Positions 63,853 to 64,000 of a stretch of 64,000 nucleotides of DNA are shown here, one piece after another. This DNA is from Azolla caroliniana. Its lineage: Eukaryota > Plantae > Polypodiophyta. Both the position numbers and the translations under genes were made by a program. Location of the stretch: NCBI GenBank assembly GCA_043228905.1, contig JBHGNT010000007.1:12152001-12216000 (forward strand), given 5' to 3'. The notes beneath the pieces were generated by a model. That model was not told where the DNA came from and did not search any database. It was given only the letters and a program-made list of their open reading frames with translations. Position 1 is the stretch's first letter, and each line of letters begins with the position of its first letter.

Positions 63853-64000
63853 CAACAAGTTCTATTACAAAATGTCTCAATACATACAAATGTGCTCACA
63901 GGTCACGTTTTATACAAGTCCTTCAAAAGGACTAACAAAAGTATTGACACGTACTTTAATGCTCATTAACTGAGCCTAACACTAATTAGCCTATAATAGG
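63821..64000 (-). repeat. Part of an E-family Copia LTR that hosts the LINE
   Basis: Minus strand GAGCATTAAAGTACGTGTCAATACTTTTGTTAGTCCTTTTGAAGGACTTGTATAAAA matches the E and J LTRs. Confidence 0.7.

Overview
Gene-free, transposon-saturated plant DNA. The combination of Tcn1-like, Athila-like and RTEX-like elements suggests a non-seed land plant (inference). I found no host gene, rRNA or CRISPR array. Almost all 64 kb resolves into nested retroelements, with boundaries set from LTR pairs, PBS/PPT motifs and 5-bp TSDs. Copia E (17614-52695) contains Copia F (22104-38793), which contains Athila-like Gypsy B (24092-38433), which contains a near-intact young Copia K (28948-34321). E also contains a self-priming Tcn1-like element G (39116-52111), which holds Copia H, an inverted Tcn1-like element I and a captured 1.5-kb filler. 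Outside this nest are a second Athila-like element A (1 to about 8246), a degraded Gypsy C, several fragments and solo LTRs, a young Copia L (53252-58797) and a two-ORF RTEX/CR1-type LINE (about 59237-63820). The most notable observation concerns the two diverged Athila-like elements, A and B. Neither has a polypurine tract next to its 3' LTR. Both instead carry the same 15-nt tRNA-3'-end-like motif, CCCACAGGCGTGCCA, exactly 2 nt before that LTR. This is a second, antisense PBS and suggests tRNA-type priming of the plus strand. Both also encode a shared, uncharacterised ORF of about 850 aa. Element letters are my own labels. All coordinates and alignments were read by eye.
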